Part shown: positions 53,842-63,442 of the stretch, one piece after another
Layout: every line of letters begins with the position of its first letter
Position numbering within the stretch: position 1 is the stretch's first letter
From: a virus
Lineage: Duplodnaviria; Caudoviricetes
Virus record (IMG/VR): IMGVR_UViG_3300037722_000745
Coordinates: 128,001 to 192,000 of that record
Length of the DNA: 64,000 nucleotides
Direction: 5' to 3' (one strand)
Notes under the pieces: generated by a model
Seen by the model: only the letters and a program-made list of their open reading frames with translations
What the model was told of the DNA's origin: nothing
Database searches by the model: none
Position numbers and translations under genes: made by a program

Positions 53842-55591
53842 TAGGACCGGGTTTGATCCCTAAGCCCTCTAACCTGCCCACGACTGTTGTTTGATCTGGA
53901 TTTGATTCGATCTTGGAAAAGGACACGTCCCGCAGCTTCAGCAAGTCCACGTTCTTTCGAACCTGATCTGCATGGGCCCGAAGATTCGAGACCTGAGCTT
54001 TTCCCAACCCTGCAAGGTTAGACCCCAACAGAGCCGACACAGTTCCGTACAGTTTGACTACCTTACCGGAGGTCTTCAACCCAAATCCAGGCACTCCCTG
54101 GATATTGTCCGAGCTGTCTCCGCTCAGAGCACGGAGTTGGACCATGCTCCCGGGTGGAACTCCGTACTCCTTCTCCACCAAGACTGGATCATAGAGCTTC
54201 TCTTTGCCAGCACCCACAGCAGGACAGAGCTGCTGCGTAAACTCCGACACCACTTGCAGAAGATCCCGATCCGTGGTGACCAGGACGTTAGGAGCGCCCG
54301 CAAGGTCGCCTCGAACCAAAGACGCCATCACATCATCAGCTTCTTCTTCGGGGTTGAAGGCTTGATGGACCCCTAATGATGGAAGAGTCTCTTGAAGCCA
54401 CTGCAACCCAAAAGGACGCTCCTCAGAACGAGATGACCGATTGGCTTTGTACGCAGGGTCCATCCTCTTACGGCGTTGGGATGACCCGTCCCAACACACA
54501 TACACAACAGCTCCAGGGAACCTCTTCTTATACGAGCCGAGACTCCTGAGAAAACCGACGATACCACCCGTAGGGCGTCCCTGGTCATCAGTGAGAGAGC
54601 TTAGACCAGGAGCCTCTGAGCACCTGATGTAAAGTTGGGTACCGTCAACGATCAAATTCACGGGTCTGGTCTCTGTCATGCGACTCACGTCTGAGTAGAT
54701 AGTTAGGATTCGTTCAAGAACTGACGTGAGAAAGATCAACTCACGTTGCTTTCTCTCCACCAGATGCACATCAGGAAGGGGGTTCGACAAGGCTACGACC
54801 TGACCTTGCAGCATTAGCCCAGAACACAACCGTTGGAACTCGGTCCATTTCAGATACACGAGACTCAAATCGACTTGAGTGTGGTAGGCCGCAACAAACC
54901 GATAGATCGTAGAGATGCGATTCAACCAGGACTCACAACAAACATACGAGCTAACCGCATTGTAGAATATCTCGATAGGGACCCTAGGCCATTGGAGCAA
55001 GCACTGTGCCGCCCGTATCCAAGATTGAACTGATTCCAGACGAGGTCGATACACGATCAGAGGCGACTTGTGGAGCAGGCGAAGAAACGCCCTGGGCATC
55101 GTGACCAACCGATCAGTCGATCTCAGTTGGATATGCACCGTCACGGCGTCCTGCTCTCTGATTTCCTCTTTGACCACCGCTGAGATGCTTTTGTAGGGTC
55201 CGGAGGTAATTAGAACAGTGTCGCCAATCTCAATCCCCTGATCGACCTCAGCCTTGATCTGTCTCCTCAACTGATCAATCTGAGACTGAGGAACGGTGGC
55301 TATCTTTCTCTCACGCTTAGGCCCCTTCGAGATGTACAAAGGACTCTGTACGTACTTGGTGTCTTCCAACCGGGCATACTGCCCGGGAGAGTGCCGATCG
55401 AGGATAAAGGCGTAACCCTCCATCAGGTAGTGGTAGACACGTTGCTCCCCCCTCTGCACAATCGACGCAGGCACAAAAACCTCAGCATCCCGGATGTGAT
55501 GCCGGATAGAAGCTCGAACCAAATCGGGGTCCTCGCTCTCCGCCTTGGCTGACAACTCAAGTACCACCCACTGTGCGCCTGGCGATTGCAT
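53795..55591 (-). CDS. NusG-like (NGN+KOW) domain fused to a 5'-3' exonuclease (PolI-exo/FEN/T4 RNase H family)
   Basis: QWVVLEL...VFVP...LMEGYAFI (NGN); IEIGDTVLITSGPY (KOW); LIVDG, CWDG, RRKRMDPAYKANR, EADDV, TDRDLLQ and GDSSDNIQGVPGFGLKT (exonuclease), all in one 598-aa frame. Confidence 0.85.
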   Translation of the reverse strand: MQSPGAQWVVLELSAKAESEDPDLVRASIRHHIRDAEVFVPASIVQRGEQRVYHYLMEGYAFILDRHSPGQYARLEDTKYVQSPLYISKGPKRERKIATVPQSQIDQLRRQIKAEVDQGIEIGDTVLITSGPYKSISAVVKEEIREQDAVTVHIQLRSTDRLVTMPRAFLRLLHKSPLIVYRPRLESVQSWIRAAQCLLQWPRVPIEIFYNAVSSYVCCESWLNRISTIYRFVAAYHTQVDLSLVYLKWTEFQRLCSGLMLQGQVVALSNPLPDVHLVERKQRELIFLTSVLERILTIYSDVSRMTETRPVNLIVDGTQLYIRCSEAPGLSSLTDDQGRPTGGIVGFLRSLGSYKKRFPGAVVYVCWDGSSQRRKRMDPAYKANRSSRSEERPFGLQWLQETLPSLGVHQAFNPEEEADDVMASLVRGDLAGAPNVLVTTDRDLLQVVSEFTQQLCPAVGAGKEKLYDPVLVEKEYGVPPGSMVQLRALSGDSSDNIQGVPGFGLKTSGKVVKLYGTVSALLGSNLAGLGKAQVSNLRAHADQVRKNVDLLKLRDVSFSKIESNPDQTTVVGRLEGLGIKPGPIVSAFFDRQLTIPES

Positions 55592-55626
55592 TCCTCTATT
55601 CTCGTGTGCCTACACTGTAACTTAGC

Positions 55627-56925
55627 TTACGGCAACCTCACCGGCGTTCTTTTCCGAAGGGTGTGCTCAAAAAGCTGTCTCCACTCTCTCGGAGACATGT
55701 TTCTCGGCTTCGAGCGTTCCGTTGAGAAGGAACTCACTGACCTTCGTTGGCGCGGCATGGGGACGTTAACGACCTGCCTCTCCAAGTCCGTGTAGTCGTC
55801 CACAGGCTCGACTGGCGCCTTAGGACCAACGCTAGTCGCCTCAACCGAAACGCTCGTCTCTGACGTCGGAGGGGGCACTGCTGTCGGCAAGTGATCCCGA
55901 GTGTGGCTAAAAACAACTATATCTCTCGTCAAACTCAATTTACTCGGGTACTTGGAACTCAGAAACCAATGCGCAAACCTCACAACCTGGTCCCCATACA
56001 GCTTGTACACAGACTCAGCTAACTCAGCATCCACAAACGCAAAGTCTGTGTGCATCCGATGAGCCAGCCGATACGAGTTCATGGCTGCTTCAGCTAGACC
56101 TGCTGCCACATCTTCCGGAGCAACCTGCTCACAGACCCGATCCAAGAACTCAATCGACTTGGACGGCTCCGACAAGCTCAACAGGATTTGGTAGTACAAC
56201 GTGATTGACGACAGATTGAGGTACTCGCGGACATTGTCGACCGTCACCGGCCCCAACTGCGAGATCATCTCCAACTTGTTGACGACATCGCGAACATGAC
56301 CACCCGAATGGTCGATCACGATCAGCACCGCATCATCCTGAGATTCGACCCCCTCCTTCTCCAAGATCATCCTCATCCGCGTGAGAATATCCTCCCTCGA
56401 GACCTTACGGATTGTGTACTCCTCACAACGAGATCGGATTGGACCCCGCACCTTCCCCGCCTCAGTGGTGCAGAACATACCGACCATCTTCTTCTCCTCG
56501 AGAGGCTTAAGGAGAACATCCTGAGCAGCGATGCTCATTCGATGCGCCTCATCGAAGAGATAGATTCTCTTCTTGGCATTAGGTAGGACGTACGCCAACT
56601 CCTCAACGATTGCCCGAATATGGTCAACCGTTCCCTGGCTCGCTGCGTCGCGCTCTACAAACGCTCCAGGACCATCGCTCAAAAACGATTTGCAGTTGTC
56701 GCACTCGTTGCAGGGCTCCGGATCACTGCTGTCAAGACTCTGGCACAGCATCGCCCGAGCGTAGATACGACTCAACGTTGTCTTCCCACGCCCGAAGGCA
56801 CCCGAGAAGATATACGACGTGTCGAATGCCGTCCCGTTCCTCAATCGAGACTTGAGAAGCTGAACAGTGCCTTCTTGCCCTAAGACATCACTGAACCGGA
56901 AGGGTCTATACCTCGTGTCCCACAC
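55627..56925 (-). CDS. dnaX: DNA polymerase III gamma/tau-like clamp-loader ATPase
   Basis: RYRPFRFSDVLGQE, GAFGRGKTT, C...PCNECDNC, DAAS, DEAHRMS, LLKPLEE, IRSRC. Confidence 0.9.
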   Translation of the reverse strand: MWDTRYRPFRFSDVLGQEGTVQLLKSRLRNGTAFDTSYIFSGAFGRGKTTLSRIYARAMLCQSLDSSDPEPCNECDNCKSFLSDGPGAFVERDAASQGTVDHIRAIVEELAYVLPNAKKRIYLFDEAHRMSIAAQDVLLKPLEEKKMVGMFCTTEAGKVRGPIRSRCEEYTIRKVSREDILTRMRMILEKEGVESQDDAVLIVIDHSGGHVRDVVNKLEMISQLGPVTVDNVREYLNLSSITLYYQILLSLSEPSKSIEFLDRVCEQVAPEDVAAGLAEAAMNSYRLAHRMHTDFAFVDAELAESVYKLYGDQVVRFAHWFLSSKYPSKLSLTRDIVVFSHTRDHLPTAVPPPTSETSVSVEATSVGPKAPVEPVDDYTDLERQVVNVPMPRQRRSVSSFSTERSKPRNMSPREWRQLFEHTLRKRTPVRLP

Positions 56926-56927
56926 GA

Positions 56928-57413
56928 CTAGTCTTCGCTCTGCCGGACCTCAGCATCCGTGACTTCCTGCACACGGGCCTGGATATTCAGCCTCTGTGCC
57001 ACCTCCACCATTCCCACCAACCTGTCGTTCCACGCTCCATGGCGATGCAGCACTGACGTGAACTCTTGAATGTCCGGTGTCCGCATGGACCATCGCATTT
57101 CACCAGTGTCCTCGTCCTCTACGCCGGTGCAGAGTTCCAACAAGTGGTCCACCAGCGCTTCACGTTGGCTCATACCCGCTTCGTTCCATTGATCAAGCGC
57201 CACGGTGATGAGGAAGTCCTTCCCGAGCAAGAACTCCATCTCTCCGGTTAGACGCCTAGCCTTCCCCAATACCGGTTGCCCGTTCTTTTGACTAGCCCGA
57301 TCGACGAAGACGTACTCAATCTTCGCAGTAGCCAACTCTGAATGGTAAGTAGGGATGATCTTCCCTGCGATCTCCTCTACTTCCTCTGCCGATCCGTACA
57401 GTTTCTGGGCCAT
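56928..57413 (-). CDS. Phage putative metallopeptidase-like protein with degenerate HExxH
   Basis: VLGKAR...DFLITV...W...REALVDHLLELC...PDIQEF. Confidence 0.6.
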   Translation of the reverse strand: MAQKLYGSAEEVEEIAGKIIPTYHSELATAKIEYVFVDRASQKNGQPVLGKARRLTGEMEFLLGKDFLITVALDQWNEAGMSQREALVDHLLELCTGVEDEDTGEMRWSMRTPDIQEFTSVLHRHGAWNDRLVGMVEVAQRLNIQARVQEVTDAEVRQSED

Positions 57414-57422
57414 CCATGTCTC

Positions 57423-58136
57423 CTATTCTTGCAAGGTAAAAAGGTCTGCTTGAGCCAGCACCGAGTGTACAAACGGAATCACCTGGGCATCGCCCAAGGC
57501 TTCCCATAAGTCACCAGGATCTTTGATCTGCGCACCGTTTACCCTTGGATAGTCGACCGTATACACCTGAAACTCATGACCGTGATCTTTTTGGAACTTC
57601 GAGCAGCCCGACCTCCCAGGTGAGTCCATATCGTACCCCAACCACACTCTACGAACGATCCGCCGAAACACCCTCACCGCAGACTGACTAGCGTGGGCAG
57701 TCAAGGTCGCTACCACGGCTGGCATCGCACGCTGAATAGGGAACAGGTCGAACGCTCCCTCAACCAAATACACGGATCGTGTTGCCCACATCGCCTCGAC
57801 TGCCTGATGGAGCCCAAACAAACACGCCTCTCCTCTGCGGTCCAAGAAGTAGTCCATGTACCTCGAACGACCGCGGTCTACATGTCGGAACTGGAAACCG
57901 CGAACCTCCCCAAGGGTCGTTGTCAGCGGTAAGACGAACACATCATCGAGCTTCTTCCCACCCTTGGCCCAGTTCAGGAAATGCTTCGGTAGACCGGGGA
58001 TCAGCTCCCGATCCAAGTACCCCACCCGATAGAGTCGGGCCTGCTCATCTGATACCCCTCGAGCTAACAGCGACTCCCGAACACGGTCCGAAAGCTGAGA
58101 CTCTGCAAACGCTGTGAGGTCTTCAGGCCACCCCAT
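57423..58136 (-). CDS. DnaG-like primase core (TOPRIM) without Zn-binding domain
   Basis: LLARGV...VGY, VLPL...GEVRGFQFR, VYLVEGAFD, YDMDSPG, KDPGD. Confidence 0.8.
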   Translation of the reverse strand: MGWPEDLTAFAESQLSDRVRESLLARGVSDEQARLYRVGYLDRELIPGLPKHFLNWAKGGKKLDDVFVLPLTTTLGEVRGFQFRHVDRGRSRYMDYFLDRRGEACLFGLHQAVEAMWATRSVYLVEGAFDLFPIQRAMPAVVATLTAHASQSAVRVFRRIVRRVWLGYDMDSPGRSGCSKFQKDHGHEFQVYTVDYPRVNGAQIKDPGDLWEALGDAQVIPFVHSVLAQADLFTLQE

Positions 58137-58155
58137 AAAATCGCCCTACACCACT

Positions 58156-58707
58156 TCATGGGACCACCACCACGAACACTTTGTCCACGCGATAAGCCAG
58201 GATGCCCACGTAGTTGCCTATACGAGTGTACACCCCTGAAGCCACAGGACCTGCGGATACAAGAGCCGCTCCCGGAGGTAGCTCCGAAACGAGGCATCGC
58301 AGTCCTGTCTCCAGGGCCTCAGGCGCCACTACGACCGCTGGACGGACTCCCCTTAGGGTCATCAGCTCACAAGCCTCAGAGACGGTCCTAACCGTCCCCC
58401 AGCCCTCGCGTTCAGCCTCTCGCACCAACGTTTGGTAGAACACCCGAAACAGCGCCGGCTCTTGGTCCAAGGCGCACTCAGAATAACCGTACCGGGCTGT
58501 TCCCGCTCGAGACACCCGAGTCCGCAGGAACCCTCCTCGCATATTCGTCGCTAGTAGAGGTTCGATGTCTCCATCAGCCACATCGATCTCAGTAATTGCC
58601 GGCACCGAGAAGCCCACCTCTCCGGCCCGAGGACGATGGCGCTCGACTGTGAAGAGCTGCGACAGCGCAGAAAACACCGGTTCAGATGTCATCCGCCCAC
58701 TGATCAT
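58156..58707 (-). CDS. Hypothetical protein
   Basis: 183-aa ORF in the operon. Confidence 0.5.
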   Translation of the reverse strand: MISGRMTSEPVFSALSQLFTVERHRPRAGEVGFSVPAITEIDVADGDIEPLLATNMRGGFLRTRVSRAGTARYGYSECALDQEPALFRVFYQTLVREAEREGWGTVRTVSEACELMTLRGVRPAVVVAPEALETGLRCLVSELPPGAALVSAGPVASGVYTRIGNYVGILAYRVDKVFVVVVP

Positions 58708-58762
58708 AGTGCTGCCATACAGGGTGAGCCGTTTTGAAGTCCGGGTGCGTACTGCAACTGTC

Positions 58763-59320
58763 TCATGGACTTAGTTTTGGAGTCTCCACCCGAACCAAAG
58801 GATCCGGACGAACCCTGAGAAGACGGTACCACAACGCCACCCACCACGGTAGAGGTGGAGCCACTTGTGACCCGAGAGCCCAGAGCAAACCATAGACTTC
58901 TGGTAGCTCCGAAACGAGCCACTTCAAGTCCTTGATTTGAGTCTGGAACTCCTCTTTGATGCCTTCCTTCGTCAGACCAGAGTCAAAGTAAGGACATCGT
59001 TGAGCATCGATGGGATCCTCACATATTGCCCCTCGCCACTCTGTCGGGTCTTCGGCACCCAACATACATAACCCAATGACCGGAAGTCGTTCGCCCCCCA
59101 CGCGGTTGTAGGTTTCGTTCACTTCCCCATCGACTTGCTTCCGCAGGTCCAAAGGTTGAATGTGGTTGTGCACACAACGCCTAGGAAGTCGAACCCCCGC
59201 TTCCTGGATTCTCCGCTCCAACTCTTGGGTCAACAGATACCGGATCCGGTTTTGGACTTCATCTTCAGAGCGCATGGCCTGCCTCCCGTCGAAGCTGCAA
59301 GTAGCGTACCCCGTCGGCAT
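58763..59320 (-). CDS. Hypothetical Cys/His-containing protein (likely start MRSED)
   Basis: Spaced Cys/His residues and a Trp-rich C-terminus. Confidence 0.5.
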   Translation of the reverse strand: MPTGYATCSFDGRQAMRSEDEVQNRIRYLLTQELERRIQEAGVRLPRRCVHNHIQPLDLRKQVDGEVNETYNRVGGERLPVIGLCMLGAEDPTEWRGAICEDPIDAQRCPYFDSGLTKEGIKEEFQTQIKDLKWLVSELPEVYGLLWALGSQVAPPLPWWVALWYRLLRVRPDPLVRVETPKLSP

Positions 59321-59942
59321 CAGTTTCCGCGGACCCTGTATACCCGATCACAGCATGATCGAGAAACGCTCGATTGTGAGTCACGAGCAAAATTGTGATA
59401 CCAGTCTTACGTGCCAAACCCCGTAGGAAAAGACCAGTCTGATCCACATAGTCCACCGAGACCGCAGCCAAGGTCTCATCCATCACCAACAGTGGCCACT
59501 TCTTTAGCCGCCGGAGAGCCAGAACTTTCAGAATGAGCGAGGCGATACTCGCCGGACCTCCGCCGAAGGCTTCCAGCGGATGGGCTCGAACCGAAACCCG
59601 CTGATTGTCCTCTCGGATGAAGAAGTCGATCGCCAACTTGTTGTAGCGTTGGCTGACTTCCGCTTCAAATGTCAAGTCTTGATCAACGAAGATGGTTTGC
59701 AGGCCCTCTGTGATCACATTCTCGATGGATTGGACATGATCTAGCACTAGGAGATCCATGAGAGCCCGAAACAACTCTCCAACCTTCGTCAATCGATCCA
59801 GTTTCTCTGAAAGGCCATCCACCTCCTTCAGCCGCGAAGACAGATCCCGTTGGAGCTGCCCTCGCAGAGCTTGGAGGCCAGAAGATTTCTCCCTGAGCGA
59901 CTTCAGCCGGATCTGCCCGGCGCGTATCTCGTCACTGCGCAC
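59265..59942 (-). CDS. sbcC: SbcC/Rad50 C-terminal half (coiled coil plus ABC signature, Walker B, H-loop)
   Basis: FGGGPAS (degenerate signature), LLVMDE, LLVTH. Confidence 0.75.
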   Translation of the reverse strand: MRSDEIRAGQIRLKSLREKSSGLQALRGQLQRDLSSRLKEVDGLSEKLDRLTKVGELFRALMDLLVLDHVQSIENVITEGLQTIFVDQDLTFEAEVSQRYNKLAIDFFIREDNQRVSVRAHPLEAFGGGPASIASLILKVLALRRLKKWPLLVMDETLAAVSVDYVDQTGLFLRGLARKTGITILLVTHNRAFLDHAVIGYTGSAETDADGVRYLQLRREAGHAL

Positions 59943-61168
59943 TGGTGTGTCCCTTCCGGCACCTGTTCAACCCCGCTTCCTCCGACCACCGCCCCGGTAG
60001 CCTCATCTAGAAGAAACACGTCAATCGTCCGGAACAAATAGGTGGTCTTACCGTGATCTGGAGTGGCCCGAATACGGAACTCTACTCGGGCCCCCTTTGT
60101 GCCACGAAACAGGTCCAGAAGATACGAGACGTTGACGTTCGCCGTAATCGGGTCTTCGACCTTACAGGTGTCGATCGAATCGATCGCGACTGGCAGGCTA
60201 GTGGCCTGAACCGCCTCGTCTACGCTAGAGAACCAGAAGACTTTCCTTGCCGGGTCAAAGTGCAAACGAACCTTGGTTTGATCCTTCGGGATCGCCGCAC
60301 GCATGAACTGAAGTTGTTCGCGCATAGCTTCAGTGTCCACTTGCGTTATGATGTCATCGTCCAAGTTGAAATAGACGAACCCCTTGTGCACCTCCGCCGT
60401 ACGAGGCCACCCCAGCACATCCCCCTGCGCGTTCTCCGCATAGTAGATATCGGGCAGGGTGTAGACCTTCAGCAACCCCGTCGTCTTACCTAGGAACTTC
60501 TCCAACAGCCCCCCGCCAGGGATCACCAGGCTCTTGTCCTTGAACGCTTCGGTCTTGAAAAAGAACTGACACTTACTATTCATCGCGTAGAGAGTGCCAT
60601 TGACCTTGGCCGCCTGAGAAGGATCGTCCCCAGAGTCAAAGATCTGAATGACTTTGTGCACCTCTGGGGCAACCTTATCGTTATCAGGGGTCGCTATCTC
60701 CCTCGCATGGGGAACTGCTTCCTGAAGCAGTGCAATTGGATACACCTTAGGCTCCTGGTCCCTCACTGCATCAGCGATCTTGCGCTCGAACATCGCCATT
60801 GTTCCAGGGTTGAAAGACACTCGATCGACCTCTCCAGAGGCTCCGAAGCGGTACACGACCTTGTAACTATCCCCTTCCATCCCAACACTGAACTGGATAG
60901 GGCCCTTGATGAAGTTGAACTCGTCGGAGTTCTCCGCCGGGTACATGAAAGCGCCTTCCCCACTCACCTCAGTGATCGGGAAGGACGACCGAGCTTGAAA
61001 TGCAGCTCCAGACCCAGACCCTCGTGAGTAGACCCTGCACACCTCGCCTTGGACCACCATCAGGTACCCACGACTTTGAGTCGCATCCGTCCCTTGTGGT
61101 TGGACAATCGAGACCGTTTTGAGGGCTCTCTTCAGAGCACTCGCATCCACTGTGAATTTGATGTCCAT
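59903..61168 (-). CDS. Probable DNA sliding clamp (beta-clamp-like)
   Basis: MDIKFTVDASALKRALKTV start, ANVNVSYLLDLF near the C-terminus; about 420 aa next to clamp loader and primase. Confidence 0.55.
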   Translation of the reverse strand: MDIKFTVDASALKRALKTVSIVQPQGTDATQSRGYLMVVQGEVCRVYSRGSGSGAAFQARSSFPITEVSGEGAFMYPAENSDEFNFIKGPIQFSVGMEGDSYKVVYRFGASGEVDRVSFNPGTMAMFERKIADAVRDQEPKVYPIALLQEAVPHAREIATPDNDKVAPEVHKVIQIFDSGDDPSQAAKVNGTLYAMNSKCQFFFKTEAFKDKSLVIPGGGLLEKFLGKTTGLLKVYTLPDIYYAENAQGDVLGWPRTAEVHKGFVYFNLDDDIITQVDTEAMREQLQFMRAAIPKDQTKVRLHFDPARKVFWFSSVDEAVQATSLPVAIDSIDTCKVEDPITANVNVSYLLDLFRGTKGARVEFRIRATPDHGKTTYLFRTIDVFLLDEATGAVVGGSGVEQVPEGTHQCAVTRYAPGRSG

Positions 61169-61172
61169 CTAG

Positions 61173-61466
61173 TTAGTTTTCCTTTTGGTTGAAGGATGAC
61201 AACGCCGTCTCCACCTCTGTCAACTCCGCATCAAGCTTAGAGATGATTCTCTTCAGCTCCTCTCGAGCTTGATCCCTCTCTCTAGAGATGTGTTTAGGAT
61301 CGTACCCTGCATCACGGATCTCCTGCACCACCGTAGCGAGTTCTTCTTTCTTAGCCTTGAGTTCCCCACTCAGCTCAGCTTTCGCTTTGGACGCCTTGTT
61401 CCACCGTTTTTGAAGATCCTCGATCTGCTGTTTGATGATGTCATCGTCGTCGGGCATTCCACACAC
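61173..61466 (-). CDS. Short coiled-coil protein
   Basis: Continuous heptads in two arms around YDP. Confidence 0.6.
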   Translation of the reverse strand: MCGMPDDDDIIKQQIEDLQKRWNKASKAKAELSGELKAKKEELATVVQEIRDAGYDPKHISRERDQAREELKRIISKLDAELTEVETALSSFNQKEN

Positions 61467-61481
61467 CTCGTTAGAGCCAGT

Positions 61482-62414
61482 TCAGAAACTAACCCCGCCG
61501 TCCTCTACACCACGAATTCGGTCCTTAGCGATCTTTGTCTTGGTGCTTTTGGACATTGCCTTAGCACCCTCCGGACACAAAGAGAGATACCGACAGAGCT
61601 TGCAATGTGAGCCTGTGTTAGCCCAAAAAACTCTCTCCGGATTGACACTAGAATCGGACTCTTTCTGGAGCCTAAGCTCCACCCATTCTTCCTTATCTCG
61701 CTCGATCTCTTTCAGAGTTGAGAGAACCGCTCTCAAGAGATCCTCCAACTCCGACTCTGTGGTCTCAAACCAATCCATACTCTCCGCAGGATCGTACCGC
61801 CAGTACAGGAAGCCAAGACGATCCGGAATGACCCCATACCTGAGCCAATACAGCATGGCGTACCACCGGAGCTGGCGTTCATTTACATACTGGCCTCTCC
61901 ACCTAGACCCCTTACCGTCGACAATGACCAAGTCCTTATGAGGAGGGATCCGGGTCATCACAAAATCAGCCCTCCCGCCGATCTTGAACCCATCCACCAC
62001 AGTATCGAGCACCACCTCAGCCTCAGCATCCAGAGAAATTAGGCTGTGGTGCCTGATGCTTCTGAGCCCACGCGGAATGGTTTCCTTTACCTCAACCTCC
62101 ACCTCATCCACCGATCGATTGCCCGGTTTGAGACCAGACTCCCCCCAATCAAAGACCCCTCCCTTCTCGGACTCTTTGATCATCACCCGTGTGAGAGTCG
62201 AACGAACCATCTGCAGCAGATTGAGCCCTACAACCTTACTGTCCCACATTTGATCTGCGTAGAACCTCTCAAAGAGCTTCCCTACAGTCTCTCCATAGAG
62301 CATGTGGGCTCGATTGTCTGGCTTAGGCGCAGGGGTTTTAGCTATGTACTGATGGTAGTGCTCTCGAGGACACTCATCCCTGACCTTGTACCCTGAGTAG
62401 GAGATGTACATCAC
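61482..62414 (-). CDS. PD-(D/E)XK nuclease (RecB/AddB/Cas4-like) with probable Fe-S staple
   Basis: ISYS...CPR; GRADF...IVDGKG; QLRWY; CKLCRYLSLC. Confidence 0.8.
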   Translation of the reverse strand: MMYISYSGYKVRDECPREHYHQYIAKTPAPKPDNRAHMLYGETVGKLFERFYADQMWDSKVVGLNLLQMVRSTLTRVMIKESEKGGVFDWGESGLKPGNRSVDEVEVEVKETIPRGLRSIRHHSLISLDAEAEVVLDTVVDGFKIGGRADFVMTRIPPHKDLVIVDGKGSRWRGQYVNERQLRWYAMLYWLRYGVIPDRLGFLYWRYDPAESMDWFETTESELEDLLRAVLSTLKEIERDKEEWVELRLQKESDSSVNPERVFWANTGSHCKLCRYLSLCPEGAKAMSKSTKTKIAKDRIRGVEDGGVSF

Positions 62415-63442
62415 GACTCCCGAGCCTTGCTTAGGTACTCCATAGCCAGATCTCGAACGTCAGCAGCGAAATCTAGCTTCTGAATGTTCGTCTCGATCGT
62501 CGACTCAGGGTCTAGCAGCACGTCTTGCTGGAGATGTTCTATGAAAGCGTCGATGCTTCTACTCTCATGTTCCACTCGCTCTTTTCGTTCAAGATCGAAC
62601 ACCTCCTCAGGTGGCGCCACAACCAAGGGCAACACAGTGCAAGTGATCGAGTCCGGCTCAAACTCCAAAAGAGATACCTGAGGGGTTCGCGTGATGTTCT
62701 CGTGGATCAGCGCGCCACGAGACACTGCTCCCTGGTTGACGAAATGCTTACCCCCCACTTGGACAATCCCTTGATCCCGGTGCCAGTGCCCGAACAACCA
62801 CACGTCCGGACCCTCCCGCGTTACCAAGTCGTCGTACTTGAAGACAGGTTCTCCGAAGAAATCCTCAACCTTAGAGGGCGGGTTCTCTGATGCCAACGCG
62901 TGAACAACCGCCACGAGATGATCATCCCCTGGTTGCTTTTGAATGGCGAGCAGCTCGTCTAGCGTACGCCGCGGGTGGTACGGGACCCCAACAACACGAA
63001 CCTGCATACCTCCATCAGTGAAGACGGAGTCCCTCAAGTGTTGGAAGATCCCTGCCGCATACAACACCCCCAAGGGCTGACGCTCCAGACTGTCTAAGTT
63101 GTTGTATGTGATGTCATGGTTCCCCTCGACACAATAGGTGTCACACGGGTATCTCCGATGGATCTCAGCCGTCCGGTAAATCAACCCGTGGCTATTACGA
63201 GATGCAGCCTTCACGTGGAAGTAGTCCCCACCGTCAAGCACGGCAGCGGCCCTATACCGTGCCGCCATCTGACCGATTTGCTCCAAGCTAGACCAAATCT
63301 CAGCAGGGTAATCGCCTTTCCAGGACGCCGGACCTCGATCCGCCACATGGGTGTCCGTTCGAAAGATGAAAGCAACCCTAGACATGTTCATGTGCCTCGT
63401 AGAGAGCCCTGTTACACGTGGGGCATACCCCAAGGACCCCAA
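62411..63442 (-). CDS. sbcD: SbcD/Mre11-like metallophosphoesterase nuclease (likely start MSRVAF at 63385)
   Basis: TDTH, GGDYFH, GNHD, VH, GHWH motifs; NQGAVSR. Confidence 0.85.
   Translation of the reverse strand: MGSLGYAPRVTGLSTRHMNMSRVAFIFRTDTHVADRGPASWKGDYPAEIWSSLEQIGQMAARYRAAAVLDGGDYFHVKAASRNSHGLIYRTAEIHRRYPCDTYCVEGNHDITYNNLDSLERQPLGVLYAAGIFQHLRDSVFTDGGMQVRVVGVPYHPRRTLDELLAIQKQPGDDHLVAVVHALASENPPSKVEDFFGEPVFKYDDLVTREGPDVWLFGHWHRDQGIVQVGGKHFVNQGAVSRGALIHENITRTPQVSLLEFEPDSITCTVLPLVVAPPEEVFDLERKERVEHESRSIDAFIEHLQQDVLLDPESTIETNIQKLDFAADVRDLAMEYLSKARES

Noticed and set aside
61482-62414. Cas4 of a CRISPR-Cas system
   Set aside because: No cas1/cas2 or repeat-spacer array seen; its context beside SbcCD indicates a recombination nuclease.
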